From assembly GCA_035438985.1 (NCBI GenBank), contig DAORJK010000005.1, positions 47,757 to 111,756 of the forward strand: DNA of 64,000 nt. Direction: 5' to 3'. This DNA is from Bacteroidia bacterium (lineage in GTDB: Bacteria; Bacteroidota; Bacteroidia; UBA4408). The translations under genes were made by a program, and so were the position numbers. The notes below the pieces were generated by a model. It was not told where the DNA came from. It made no database searches and saw only the letters and a list, made by a program, of their open reading frames with translations. Position 1 is the stretch's first letter, and each line of letters begins with the position of its first letter. This document shows positions 1 to 9,415 of this stretch, piece after piece.

Positions 1-2203
1 TTTTAGGTAGGGTAAAATTCCAATTCATTTTGGCAAACCAACTTAGTCGTTCAGTTTTTAAATTAGTAGCTAAATTGCTGCCATTAATTTGAGCATTATA
101 AAAATTAAGATTGCTGGTAATTTCCCACCATTTTACCGGTGAAGTGCGCAACGTTAATTCCAAGCCATAACTTTGGCTAAAACTTGAGTTTTGATAGCTG
201 TTATAGATTACACTATCTATCCCATTAGCGCCAATATCGCGGAATTGATAACGACTAATTAAATTGTCAATATGTTTGTAATATACTGAAGCTAAAAAAC
301 TACTACCCTTTACAGTTAGCTTTTGATAATCTAAATCAAGTGTATGGATAAACTCAGGTGTTAATCCGGCATTACCGATATTGATATTTTGTGGATCACT
401 AAAATCGGCAAATGGCATTAACTGAAAAAAGTTTGGGCGATTTATTTTACGAGAATAATTCAGTTGTAAATCCTGATTTTTCGGCAATTTATAAGTTAAA
501 TAAGCACTCGGAAAAAAACTAAAAGGGTATTGAATATGAAAAGTAGAATTTTGATTGATGATGGTTCCTAAGTAATCCGAACTCTCGAAACGCAATCCAA
601 CTTGATATAGCAACTTACTTAAATGATCGGAATATGTTCCATAAACAGCATAAACCCGATCGGTAAATTTATATTTACTGCTATTGTTGCTAAATAACAA
701 GTAATCAGCCAATGAATCGACGTAGAAATAATTGTTGGTTTCGTTTTTAAAATCACGTGAAGATACTCTAGCTCCTGTTTCAAATTTTGAATTTTCGGTT
801 AAGGGGTTCGCAAAGTCAAATTGTCCAACAAAATAATGATTGTAGCCTCCGCCTTCCGTTTTTTGTAAAACTGTAGGTCCATTTAATATGCCATCAGCAA
901 AGTAGCTTTGTGTTGCGTAGTTCGCATAATTGCTATTTGTAGGAGAATTGTAATTTAAATCAATAGTAAATTCTTCTCCGGCTTTTGGAAATAAGTGTTT
1001 AAAACTTAATTGAGTTCCATAGTTCAAAAATTGATTCATTGAGTTACTGTTTCGGGTATAGTAAGAAAATACCGATGAAGCGAGTAAAGAGTCATTTATT
1101 GTTTCATCGCGAGGTTTCATTTTTCCCTGCACTAAAGTTTGAGCGATGGTTAAGGTGTTTCGGTTGTTTAAAAAATAATCTACTCCAATTCTTCCATGAT
1201 TAAATTGATTTTGCTGTGTTGTTACACTGTTTTGTAATATTTGGAGTTCATTATTTTCGAGACTAGATCTTGAAGTAGTGGTATACGATTGAATACTGCG
1301 TTTCACAAGATTACCGCTCAAGAAAAAATTGAGCTTTCCTTCTTTCACATTAAAATCACCTCCTAACATGTACTTTAATAAATTTCCGGATGCGGCTCGA
1401 ATGCTTCCGTTATATCCGGGTTTGCGGTTTTTTTTCAACACTAAATTCAAAATTCCCGAATTACTATCGCCTGCATCAAACTTTGCCGAAGGATTTGAAA
1501 TTATTTCTACACTTTGAATTTCGTCGGCAGGAATTTGATCAAGTGTTAAAGTAGTTGGTTTTCCATCAATAAATAGCTGAGGAGTTGAATTTCGGAGTGT
1601 TACATTTCCATCAATATCAACTTGAACGGCAGGTATCGTTTTCATAACATCCTGTGCAGAGCCACCTTCACTAACCGTATTTTTATCGACGTTAAAAACC
1701 TTTCTATCAACTTTCATTACATACATCGATTTCTCAGCTTCTATGGTTACTTCCTTCAATAATTCAGTATTTTGTTTCAGCTTTATATTACCTAAATCTT
1801 TATCTGCCTTTTCGGCAATTTTACTTTTGTCGCCAGCCGATTTAAAATCGATGTCAAATTTTATTTTTTGTTCATAAGGAATATACCCCATCGAACTTAT
1901 TTTAAGGGTATATTGCTCGTTGAGTGACAAATTTTCGATGTAAAATTCGCCCATTCTATCGGTCAGCATTCCTCCTGCAAGTGCAGGTTTCATTTGTTTG
2001 CTGATGGAATCGAATTTCATGTGCCACAATTGAACCGAAACATACTCCATCGCCTCATTGCTTGCCTCATCCTTTACCTTTCCTGAAAATCTACCGATCA
2101 TAAGTCCTTTTGAACGCAGTTGGTTGCTTGTTGCAGGCTGCGAATACACCATCAATTGTAAACTAAGCAGCGCAAGAAGGAAAATAATTTTTTGAAATTT
2201 CAT
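1..2203 (-). CDS. TonB-dependent receptor with N-terminal carboxypeptidase-regulatory-like domain. The start codon is at 2203. The C-terminus runs past the window start, so the gene is partial.
   Basis: Translating the minus strand from the ATG at 2203 gives a signal peptide (MKFQKIIFLLALLSLQL) followed by a CarbopepD_reg-like stretch. The same frame stays open and TonB-receptor-like (YGTQLSFKHLFPKAGEEF around position 1000, NLNFYNAQINGSNLA around position 100) down to position 2 with no stop. The gene is absent from the ORF track, presumably because the window truncates it. Confidence 0.8.
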   Translation of the reverse strand, partial: MKFQKIIFLLALLSLQLMVYSQPATSNQLRSKGLMIGRFSGKVKDEASNEAMEYVSVQLWHMKFDSISKQMKPALAGGMLTDRMGEFYIENLSLNEQYTLKISSMGYIPYEQKIKFDIDFKSAGDKSKIAEKADKDLGNIKLKQNTELLKEVTIEAEKSMYVMKVDRKVFNVDKNTVSEGGSAQDVMKTIPAVQVDIDGNVTLRNSTPQLFIDGKPTTLTLDQIPADEIQSVEIISNPSAKFDAGDSNSGILNLVLKKNRKPGYNGSIRAASGNLLKYMLGGDFNVKEGKLNFFLSGNLVKRSIQSYTTTSRSSLENNELQILQNSVTTQQNQFNHGRIGVDYFLNNRNTLTIAQTLVQGKMKPRDETINDSLLASSVFSYYTRNSNSMNQFLNYGTQLSFKHLFPKAGEEFTIDLNYNSPTNSNYANYATQSYFADGILNGPTVLQKTEGGGYNHYFVGQFDFANPLTENSKFETGARVSSRDFKNETNNYFYVDSLADYLLFSNNSSKYKFTDRVYAVYGTYSDHLSKLLYQVGLRFESSDYLGTIINQNSTFHIQYPFSFFPSAYLTYKLPKNQDLQLNYSRKINRPNFFQLMPFADFSDPQNINIGNAGLTPEFIHTLDLDYQKLTVKGSSFLASVYYKHIDNLISRYQFRDIGANGIDSVIYNSYQNSSFSQSYGLELTLRTSPVKWWEITSNLNFYNAQINGSNLATNLKTERLSWFAKMNWNFTLPK

Positions 2204-2460
2204 GCTTTGTAACAGAAAGTTTTATGTTTATAAATGGAATCGTAAACTAGCGCATTTACTGAAAAATTGCTCCATTTAACCCCCTTGTCTTTTTCTGATT
2301 TCAAGGTATTCTTCTGAGTATTCATTTGCCGAATAGTTTAAAATGGACTGCAAGGTAATTGAAATAAATGTTCATACTTATGAGAGGGAGATGTTTATTT
2401 TTGATTTTTTGGCATTTGAACGCATGCAAATGCTTTTCTAATTCACTTGTTTGATTAATT

Positions 2461-3339
2461 TTGTCGACTTCAAAAATAGCGCAATCCCCTTTGAAAACTT
2501 CTCTTGTTAGTGTCTTACTTATTCTTTTAGGAGCCTGTTCTTATTTTAAGCCTAAACAACAGGAAAAGGCAATTGCAAGGGTTTTTGACAAATATTTGTA
2601 TGAATCTGATATCGAAAAAATTGTAGCGAAAAATATAAAAGGGAAGGACAGTATAGAATTGGTTAAAAATTACATTGACAATTGGATTCGTCAAAATTTG
2701 CTGCTACACAAAGCCGAACAAAATTTGAATGCCGAAATGTTAACTACTTCCATTGAAAAGCAATTGCAGGATTACCGTACTTCCTTAATTACTTTTGCTT
2801 ATGAAAAAGAGTTAATTCGACAAAAGCTGGATACCTTGGTTTCTGAAGCAGAAATTCAAGAATATTACGAAAAAAATCCTCAAAATTTTCAATTAAAAAA
2901 TAACATCATAAAAGTACTTTATGTGAAAGTGAATAAAAAAGCTCCAAAATTAAACAAGGTACGTGAATGGTGTAGAAGTGATAAACCTCAAGACAGAAAA
3001 TTACTGGAAGACTATTGCTATCAATTTGCCGAAAATTTTTACCTCGATGATAGTTCCTGGTTTTTATTTGATGACTTATTAAAGGAAATTCCTATTGAAG
3101 CCTATGATAAAGAACAATTTTTGGAAAATAACAGATGGGTAGAAGTAACCGATACCGGTAGTTTTTATTTTGTAAATATTAAAGGATTTAAAATAAAAGA
3201 CAGTACCTCACCCCTCAGTTTTGAAAAACAAAATATTCACAACATCATCTTAAATAAACGTAAACTTCAGTTGATAAATCAAATGAAGGAAGATGTTTAT
3301 AGTACTGAATTAAAAAATAAGAACTTTGAGCTCTATTAA
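2461..3339 (+). CDS. Hypothetical lipoprotein, possibly a SurA-N-like chaperone domain. The start is more likely the TTG at 2491, which gives MKTSLVSVLLILLGAC.
   Basis: Open 292-codon frame with a lipobox (LLGAC). It sits immediately upstream of and overlaps a SurA-like PPIase gene. No catalytic motif was recognised. Confidence 0.5.
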   Translation: MSTSKIAQSPLKTSLVSVLLILLGACSYFKPKQQEKAIARVFDKYLYESDIEKIVAKNIKGKDSIELVKNYIDNWIRQNLLLHKAEQNLNAEMLTTSIEKQLQDYRTSLITFAYEKELIRQKLDTLVSEAEIQEYYEKNPQNFQLKNNIIKVLYVKVNKKAPKLNKVREWCRSDKPQDRKLLEDYCYQFAENFYLDDSSWFLFDDLLKEIPIEAYDKEQFLENNRWVEVTDTGSFYFVNIKGFKIKDSTSPLSFEKQNIHNIILNKRKLQLINQMKEDVYSTELKNKNFELY

Positions 3340-3349
3340 TTTAAACATA

Positions 3350-4705
3350 ATGAAAAAGCAAACTAACGTATTTTGGGGATTGTTGTTGGTCGTAAACGGA
3401 GTATTTGCTCAAAATTCGAAGGTAGTCGATAAAATTGTTGCAGTTGTTGGCTCAAATTTGATTTTGAAATCGGATGTTGATAATGAATATCAGCAATTCA
3501 TTAGTCAAGGTTCTCCTGCTGGTGAAGAAACAAGATGTCAGGTAGTTGAAGAATTACTTTTCCAAAAATTACTCATCAATCAGGCCGGTTTAGACAGTAT
3601 TGAAATTACCGAAGCACAAATTGAAGGTGAATTAGACCAGCGCCTATCCTATTTTATTAAACAATTGGGATCAGAGCAAAAGCTTGAAGAATATTACGGT
3701 AAAAGCATTACTCGAATTAAGGAGGATTTCAGACCGGACATACGTAAGCTATTACTAGCACGCACCATGCAAGGAAAAATAACGGCTGATATTAAAGTTA
3801 CTCCTGCAGAAGTTAGGGCTTATTTTAATTCTATACCTCCGGATAGTCTACCTTTTTTGAATTCAGAAGTTGAAATAGGGCAAATTATGCGTAAACCTCC
3901 GATTGATGAGAAAGAAAAGACCCGGGTTAAAGAAAAATTAACGGAATTAAGAAACAGAATTGTAAACGGCGAAGACTTTTCAACCTTAGCTGTTTTGTAT
4001 TCTGAAGATCCTGGTTCAGCTAGATCAGGAGGTGAATTAGGATTGTTAAACAGAAACGAATTAGTACCGGAGTTTGCGGCTGAAGCTTTTTCGTTGAAAG
4101 GAAAGGAAGTTTCAAAAATTGTAGAATCGCCATTCGGATTTCATATAATTCAACTAATTGATCGAAGGGGTGAATTAATTAATGTGCGCCATATTTTACT
4201 AAGTCCTAAGACTTCGGGAAGCGATCTCTATAAAGCGCAGTTGTTGTGCGACAGTGTTCGTAAATTAATTTTAAAAGATTCGCTCACATTTGAATCAGCA
4301 GCTTTTTTGTATAGCGATGATGGTGAAAGTAAAAACAATGGAGGAATCATTCCTAACCCACAAACCGGTTCATCAAAGTTTGAAACCTCTGAACTCGATC
4401 AAAGTTTATTTTTTACTATTGATAAATTAAAAGTAGGAGAAATTTCTGAGCCGGTTATTATGCAAACCAACGATGGTAAAAAAGCCTATAGAATATTGTA
4501 TTTAAAAAGCCGCACCGAACCACATAGAGCAAATTTAAAAGACGATTACCAAAAAGTTCAAAATATTACACTTACGCTAAAACAAAGTGAAATTATCAAT
4601 ACTTGGATTGAAAATAAATTAAAAACCACCTTCGTTAAAATTGACCAGGAATACAAATCCTGTGGATTTAAACACAAATGGTTTTTAGTTGATAAAACGG
4701 AATAA
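3350..4705 (+). CDS. Peptidyl-prolyl cis-trans isomerase, SurA-like with a parvulin domain. The ORF-track start is 3326. The ATG at 3350 gives the signal peptide MKKQTNVFWGLLLVVNGVFAQ.
   Basis: Signal peptide plus a PpiC/parvulin rotamase domain (GGELGLLNRNELVPEFAAEAF...SPFGFHIIQLIDRRG). Confidence 0.8.
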   Translation: MKKQTNVFWGLLLVVNGVFAQNSKVVDKIVAVVGSNLILKSDVDNEYQQFISQGSPAGEETRCQVVEELLFQKLLINQAGLDSIEITEAQIEGELDQRLSYFIKQLGSEQKLEEYYGKSITRIKEDFRPDIRKLLLARTMQGKITADIKVTPAEVRAYFNSIPPDSLPFLNSEVEIGQIMRKPPIDEKEKTRVKEKLTELRNRIVNGEDFSTLAVLYSEDPGSARSGGELGLLNRNELVPEFAAEAFSLKGKEVSKIVESPFGFHIIQLIDRRGELINVRHILLSPKTSGSDLYKAQLLCDSVRKLILKDSLTFESAAFLYSDDGESKNNGGIIPNPQTGSSKFETSELDQSLFFTIDKLKVGEISEPVIMQTNDGKKAYRILYLKSRTEPHRANLKDDYQKVQNITLTLKQSEIINTWIENKLKTTFVKIDQEYKSCGFKHKWFLVDKTE

Positions 4706-4726
4706 TCTGTATAAGAACAAACATAT

Positions 4727-5692
4727 ATGCAATTTAAATCAGAATCAGAAGCCGTTGATTTTTTTGTTGGAAAATACAAAGAACTCAACAACGAAATTGG
4801 TAAGGTAATTATTGGTCAAAATGAGGTAATCAGAGATGTGCTTATTTCTATTTTTAGTCGCGGACATTGTTTATTGGTTGGAGTTCCAGGATTAGCAAAA
4901 ACCTTGTTGGTTAATACCATTGCCGAAACTTTAGGATTGCAGTTTAGTCGCATTCAATTTACTCCCGACTTAATGCCTTCAGATATTATTGGTTCAGAAA
5001 TTTTGGATGAGAGCCGAAATTTTCGTTTCATAAAAGGTCCTCTTTTTGCAAATATTGTGTTGGCAGATGAAATTAACCGAACTCCTCCCAAAACACAATC
5101 ATCCTTGCTTGAAGCAATGCAGGAACGTGCTGTTACTGCAGCAGGAAAACGATACGAATTGGGAAACCCATTTTTCGTGCTCGCTACCCAAAATCCAATT
5201 GAACAGGAAGGTACCTACCCTCTTCCTGAAGCACAACTCGATCGATTTATGTTTAATGTGTGGCTCGATTATCCAACTTACTCTGAAGAGTTGCAAGTAG
5301 TTAAAAATACCACATCCGATAAAAAGGTTACTCTATCGAAAGTGATGGACGATAAACAAATTGTCTTTTTTCAGGATTTAGTTCGAAGAATTCCGGTTGC
5401 AGAAAATGTGATGGAATATGCTGTTAAACTGGCTATAAAATCGCGACCTAATTCAGAATTAGCCCCTGATATTGTTAAAAAATATGTAACCTGGGGAGCC
5501 GGCCCACGTGCTTCACAGTTTTTAATAGTAGGTGCAAAATGCCATGCAATGTTGCAAGGAAAATACTCTCCCGATATTGAAGATGTAAAAGCGGTTAGCA
5601 CAGCTATTTTGCGTCATCGCATTGTTAGAAATTACAAAGCTGAAGCAGATGGAGTAAGCGTTGATAGTATTATACTGGAACTTACTCGCTAA
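4727..5692 (+). CDS. MoxR-family AAA+ ATPase
   Basis: Walker A GVPGLAKT and the conserved MoxR core (LADEINRTPPKTQSSLLEAMQE...ATQNPIEQEGTYPLPEAQLDRF). Confidence 0.85.
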   Translation: MQFKSESEAVDFFVGKYKELNNEIGKVIIGQNEVIRDVLISIFSRGHCLLVGVPGLAKTLLVNTIAETLGLQFSRIQFTPDLMPSDIIGSEILDESRNFRFIKGPLFANIVLADEINRTPPKTQSSLLEAMQERAVTAAGKRYELGNPFFVLATQNPIEQEGTYPLPEAQLDRFMFNVWLDYPTYSEELQVVKNTTSDKKVTLSKVMDDKQIVFFQDLVRRIPVAENVMEYAVKLAIKSRPNSELAPDIVKKYVTWGAGPRASQFLIVGAKCHAMLQGKYSPDIEDVKAVSTAILRHRIVRNYKAEADGVSVDSIILELTR

Positions 5693-5715
5693 TTTTTTTT
5701 AAATTGTACGAATAA

Positions 5716-6336
5716 ATGGAATTAAATAACATTGCCGAATTTCAATCGAGTCCTGGAATTCGTGAAAAATTGCGTTCGTTTGGTACTGTAAAAAAATTTA
5801 AGGAAGAAGAAATTGTTTTACAAGAAAATGCCTTTATTAAAGCTATTCCTATTGTACTTACCGGCTCCATTCGAGTGATGCGCACGGATGAGGATGGACG
5901 AGAACTATTGTTGTATTACATCAAACCCGGTGAAAGTTGTATCATGTCCTTTTTAGGAGGAATACACAGCGATACCAGTAAAGTAAAAGCGATTGCAGAA
6001 GAGTCTACCGAATTATTGTTTATTCCTATTGAAATGGTAGCATCACTTAGTAAAGAGTTTCCTGAATGGCTCGATTATATTTTTAGATTGTATCACAAAC
6101 GCTTTGAAGAATTACTGGAAGTGGTAAACGACATTGCGTTTAAAAAAATGGACGAGCGATTAATAAATTTCATTCGAAAAAAATGTGAGCTGGCTAAAAG
6201 CCATACACTTCATGTAACACACGAACAAATTGCGGCCGAACTTGGAACTGCACGTGTGGTAATTTCACGTTTGCTAAAACACATGGAAGATGAAAAACTC
6301 GTTCAATTAGGACGAAATAAAATTACCCTTCTTTAA
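5716..6336 (+). CDS. Crp/Fnr-family transcriptional regulator
   Basis: N-terminal cNMP-binding-like beta-roll and a C-terminal HTH (EQIAAELGTARVVISRLLKHMEDEKLV). The recognition helix is FNR-like (ISR). There is no N-terminal Cys cluster, so it is not an Fe-S FNR. Confidence 0.8.
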   Translation: MELNNIAEFQSSPGIREKLRSFGTVKKFKEEEIVLQENAFIKAIPIVLTGSIRVMRTDEDGRELLLYYIKPGESCIMSFLGGIHSDTSKVKAIAEESTELLFIPIEMVASLSKEFPEWLDYIFRLYHKRFEELLEVVNDIAFKKMDERLINFIRKKCELAKSHTLHVTHEQIAAELGTARVVISRLLKHMEDEKLVQLGRNKITLL

Positions 6337-6372
6337 TAGTTTGTTTTATCAACCTTAATCAAATTTATTTGC

Positions 6373-6395
6373 TATGTAACAAAAGTTACTGTAGC
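6373..6395 (+). promoter_or_regulatory. Candidate Crp/Fnr-type operator site 1 (TATGTAACAAAAGTTACTGTAGC), containing the near-perfect palindrome GTAAC-N4-GTTAC. It lies 39 nt upstream of the -7 box CACTTTTG at 6412-6419.
   Basis: The same left half-site recurs at 6721 and 8967, each at identical spacing from a TAnnTTTG -7 box. Confidence 0.45.
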
Positions 6396-6454
6396 TCTCA
6401 GTTTGTATTTCCACTTTTGGTGCACATTAATATTCACCTTAAAAAAGAAAACTT

Positions 6455-6661
6455 ATGAAACCAAACATGGGAACCCTCGACAAAGCAATTAGAATAATAG
6501 TAGCTATTGGTATTGCTGCATTGTATTATTTCGATAAAATTTCAGGAATAACTGCAACAATAGGTTTAGTGCTTGCAGGCATTTTTATAGTTACCAGCTT
6601 TATGAGTTTTTGTCCACTTTATTTGCCTTTTGGATTTTCAACTCGAAAAAAGACAGAGTAA
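6455..6661 (+). CDS. DUF2892 (YgaP-like) small membrane protein
   Basis: 68 aa with two TM helices and a C-terminal CPLY motif typical of the DUF2892 domain. This domain is otherwise found fused to the rhodanese YgaP. Confidence 0.65.
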   Translation: MKPNMGTLDKAIRIIVAIGIAALYYFDKISGITATIGLVLAGIFIVTSFMSFCPLYLPFGFSTRKKTE

Positions 6662-6720
6662 AATTTCATTCAACTGCCTTTAATATTTCTGTAGCTTTTT
6701 AAAGAACTCAAAAAAGGAGC

Positions 6721-6743
6721 TATGTAACAAAAGTTGCTGTGCA
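6721..6743 (+). promoter_or_regulatory. Candidate operator site 2 (TATGTAACAAAAGTTGCTGTGCA), 39 nt upstream of the -7 box TACTTTTG at 6760-6767.
   Basis: The left half-site is identical to sites 1 and 3. The right half is degenerate. Confidence 0.4.
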
Positions 6744-6785
6744 ATACTTTTTCGCATTCTACTTTTGTACTTCAATTTTTTACTC

Positions 6786-8141
6786 ATGGAAATAAAACAA
6801 TTCGAAGACAAAAACCTTGCACATTATTCCTATGCAATAATCAGTAATGGAGAAATTGCATTGGTTGACCCGGCTCGTGATCCACAGCCTTATTATGATT
6901 TTGCGACAAGTCGTAAAGCAAAAATTACTGCTGTAATTGAAACGCATCCTCATGCCGATTTTGTAAGTAGCCATCTTGAAATTTCAAAACATACAGGAGC
7001 AAACATCTATGTAAGTAAATTGGTTTCTGCCGAATACGAACATGTTTCTTTCGATGAAGGGGATGCGCTTATGATTGGTTCGGTTACTTTAAAAGCACTC
7101 AACACACCAGGTCATTCTCCCGATAGTATAAGTGTGCTCTTGTTGGATGAAAATGGAAAGGAAATAGCTGTATTTAGTGGTGATACCTTATTTATTGGCG
7201 ATTGCGGACGTCCTGATTTACGTGAACAAGCTGGAGCAATCACGGCTGCCAGAAGTGAATTGGCCAAACAGATGTATCATACACTGCGAAATAAATTTAT
7301 TCCATTATCCGATTCGGTTATTGTATATCCTGCGCATGGTGCAGGAAGTTTGTGTGGAAAAGGATTGAGCGATGCTGCCTCAAGTACAATGGGTGCCGAA
7401 AAATTAAGCAATTGGAGTTTAGGTAACATGTCTGAAACAGATTTTGTTAACTCCTTATTGCAAGACCAACCTTATGTTCCTAAGTATTTTCTGCACGATG
7501 TAACTTTGAATAAAAAGGGCGCAGCAGATTTTACAAAAAGTATACAATCATTAGAGATTCGTGATACTATAACTTGTGCAGGTTGTGCCAACTCATTAAA
7601 TCCAAATTATATAATTATCGATACTAGACCAGAAGCGATTTTTAAAGCTTCACATCTTAAAAATGCAATCAATTTAATGAACGATTTAAAGTTTGAAACT
7701 TGGCTTGGAAGTATAATTGATCCTAACGAAAAATTCTACTTACAAGCACAGAATGAAACAGAATTAAACACACTTATTAAACGCATTGCTAAAATTGGTT
7801 ATGAAAATCAAATTGAGCTTGCTTTTATTTCTGAATTTGGAAATGAAGCATCGCCAATGTTTCCTGCTGAGGAATTTGAATTATCTACCGAGAATTTCAC
7901 CATTGTTGATTTGCGGACAGCTGCAGAAAGGGTGGCTAAAAAAATATTTTCTAGATCCTATCATATTCCATTAGCTGAATTACGTGAACGTTATCCCGAA
8001 ATCCCAACTGATAAACCTATTGTTGTCCATTGTGCCGGAGGTTACAGAAGTGCAGCCGGAGCAAGTATCTTAAGTTCTAAAGTTAAGGCAAAAATTCCGG
8101 TTTATGATTTCAGTGAACGCATTAAACAAGTTGCACAATAG
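6786..8141 (+). CDS. MBL-fold metallo-hydrolase (persulfide dioxygenase-like) fused to two rhodanese domains, CstB-like in architecture. The ORF-track TTG start at 6765 overlaps the -7 box, so the ATG at 6786 is preferred.
   Basis: An HxHxDH motif (ETHPHADFVSSH) with downstream His residues (NTPGHSPD, YPAHGAGS), and a C-terminal rhodanese with an active-site Cys loop (VVHCAGGYRSAAGA). Confidence 0.8.
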   Translation: MEIKQFEDKNLAHYSYAIISNGEIALVDPARDPQPYYDFATSRKAKITAVIETHPHADFVSSHLEISKHTGANIYVSKLVSAEYEHVSFDEGDALMIGSVTLKALNTPGHSPDSISVLLLDENGKEIAVFSGDTLFIGDCGRPDLREQAGAITAARSELAKQMYHTLRNKFIPLSDSVIVYPAHGAGSLCGKGLSDAASSTMGAEKLSNWSLGNMSETDFVNSLLQDQPYVPKYFLHDVTLNKKGAADFTKSIQSLEIRDTITCAGCANSLNPNYIIIDTRPEAIFKASHLKNAINLMNDLKFETWLGSIIDPNEKFYLQAQNETELNTLIKRIAKIGYENQIELAFISEFGNEASPMFPAEEFELSTENFTIVDLRTAAERVAKKIFSRSYHIPLAELRERYPEIPTDKPIVVHCAGGYRSAAGASILSSKVKAKIPVYDFSERIKQVAQ

Positions 8142-8181
8142 ATTGGACTATTTAATATATCCAGATAATTTAAACCAAGCT

Positions 8182-8370
8182 ATGAATTACCTTATTAAAC
8201 ACAAACTAACAATAATAGGTATCGTTTTAGGAAGCATTTCAGGATTTGCCTATTCTTATTTTATTGGCTGCGAAAGCGGGTCTTGCGCAATAACTTCTTC
8301 CCCATTTAATAGCTCACTCTATGGTGCAGTAATGGGTGGATTACTTTTCTCCATGTTTGAAAAATCTTAA
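8182..8370 (+). CDS. Small membrane protein with a CxSGSC motif (DUF6132-like). The ORF-track start at 8104 overlaps the upstream gene, so the ATG at 8182 is preferred.
   Basis: The sequence MNYLIKHKLTIIGIVLGSISGFAYSYFIGCESGSCAITSS...GAVMGGLLF has two hydrophobic helices and a Cys pair. It sits between rhodanese genes. Confidence 0.5.
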   Translation: MNYLIKHKLTIIGIVLGSISGFAYSYFIGCESGSCAITSSPFNSSLYGAVMGGLLFSMFEKS

Positions 8371-8394
8371 TTGACTTATGAAAAATTATAAAAA

Positions 8395-8685
8395 ATGAAT
8401 ATAGCACAAGTACTTAAACAAAAAAACGGAACAATTGTAGATGTAAGAACTCCTGTTGAATTTAGCGGTGGACATGTTGCAGGATCCATTAATATACCCT
8501 TACAGGAAATAAATCATCGAATAGAAGAACTTTCTCAGTTAAAAATGCCACTTATTTTATGTTGTGCTTCTGGCGGTCGAAGCGGTGTTGCACAGCAAGT
8601 ACTAAGTGCTAGTAATATTGAATGTTACAACGCAGGTTCATGGTTGGATGTAAATTATTTAGTATCAAAAACTACCGTAGAATGA
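8395..8685 (+). CDS. Single-domain rhodanese (sulfurtransferase) with a CX4R loop
   Basis: Active-site loop LILCCASGGRSGVA. It is a paralog of the gene at 61846-62136. Confidence 0.8.
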   Translation: MNIAQVLKQKNGTIVDVRTPVEFSGGHVAGSINIPLQEINHRIEELSQLKMPLILCCASGGRSGVAQQVLSASNIECYNAGSWLDVNYLVSKTTVE

Positions 8686-8748
8686 ATTCGAAAATAGTTT
8701 TACTTTTGATTCACAATCCTACGAACTAATACAACTTACTTTCTATCT

Positions 8749-8949
8749 ATGAAAAATAATTTTATACTCGCTTCCTTAGTTGCTTTGTTAGTATTTGGAT
8801 GCAATTCGCAACCGGCCAATGAAAAAAATGCAGGAGCCGGCGACAGCACTCAAACAGCTGCATTATATGTATGCCCAATGCATCCGGAAGTTACCAGTGT
8901 TAAAGCCGATACATGCAGCAAGTGCGGTATGGATTTAGAAAAAAAATAA
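8749..8949 (+). CDS. Small lipoprotein consisting only of a heavy-metal-binding domain (HMBD, the CusB-N-terminal type)
   Basis: Signal peptide with lipobox (LLVFGC) followed by YVCPMHPEV...CSKCGMDL. This matches the YxCPMHP...CPxCGM HMBD signature. Confidence 0.6.
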   Translation: MKNNFILASLVALLVFGCNSQPANEKNAGAGDSTQTAALYVCPMHPEVTSVKADTCSKCGMDLEKK

Positions 8950-8966
8950 ATTGGAATTATTTTTCT

Positions 8967-8989
8967 TATGTAACAAAAGTAGCTGTGTA
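8967..8989 (+). promoter_or_regulatory. Candidate operator site 3 (TATGTAACAAAAGTAGCTGTGTA), 39 nt upstream of the -7 box TACCTTTG at 9006-9013.
   Basis: Same half-site and same spacing as sites 1 and 2. Confidence 0.4.
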
Positions 8990-9038
8990 TAGCTTATTTC
9001 AGGTGTACCTTTGCATCTGAAATTAAACTAAAATTAGC

Positions 9039-9356
9039 ATGATACAGTTACTAAAAAAAATGTTGGGACTTGGACCAACTGTTGATTACAAAACACTTGT
9101 TGCCAATGGAGCAATTGTACTTGATGTTCGCACCAAAGGGGAGTTTCAAACTGGGCACATTAAAGGTTCTGTTAATATTCCTTTACAAAATTTAGCGGGC
9201 GGTAGTTCAAAGCTGGCTAAAAATAAAGTTATAATTACTTGCTGTGCATCAGGAATGAGAAGCGCTTCAGCTAAGAGTATGTTACGATCGGCAGGGTTTT
9301 CGGAAGTACATAATGGAGGTGGATGGATGAGTTTACAAAACAAACTCAATCGATAA
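9039..9356 (+). CDS. Single-domain rhodanese
   Basis: Active-site loop ITCCASGMRSASA. Confidence 0.8.
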   Translation: MIQLLKKMLGLGPTVDYKTLVANGAIVLDVRTKGEFQTGHIKGSVNIPLQNLAGGSSKLAKNKVIITCCASGMRSASAKSMLRSAGFSEVHNGGGWMSLQNKLNR

Positions 9357-9415
9357 ATTTCCTAATCTCTCTACTTAGAAACTTTCAGTTTCATTTATTA
9401 ATAACGAATAGAACT

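Noticed and set aside
5046-5601. Several 60-85 aa ORFs inside or antisense to moxR (5046-5300 +, 5099-5296 -, 5371-5601 -)
   Set aside because: They are fully embedded in a well-conserved CDS and have no motifs. They are typical spurious frames.
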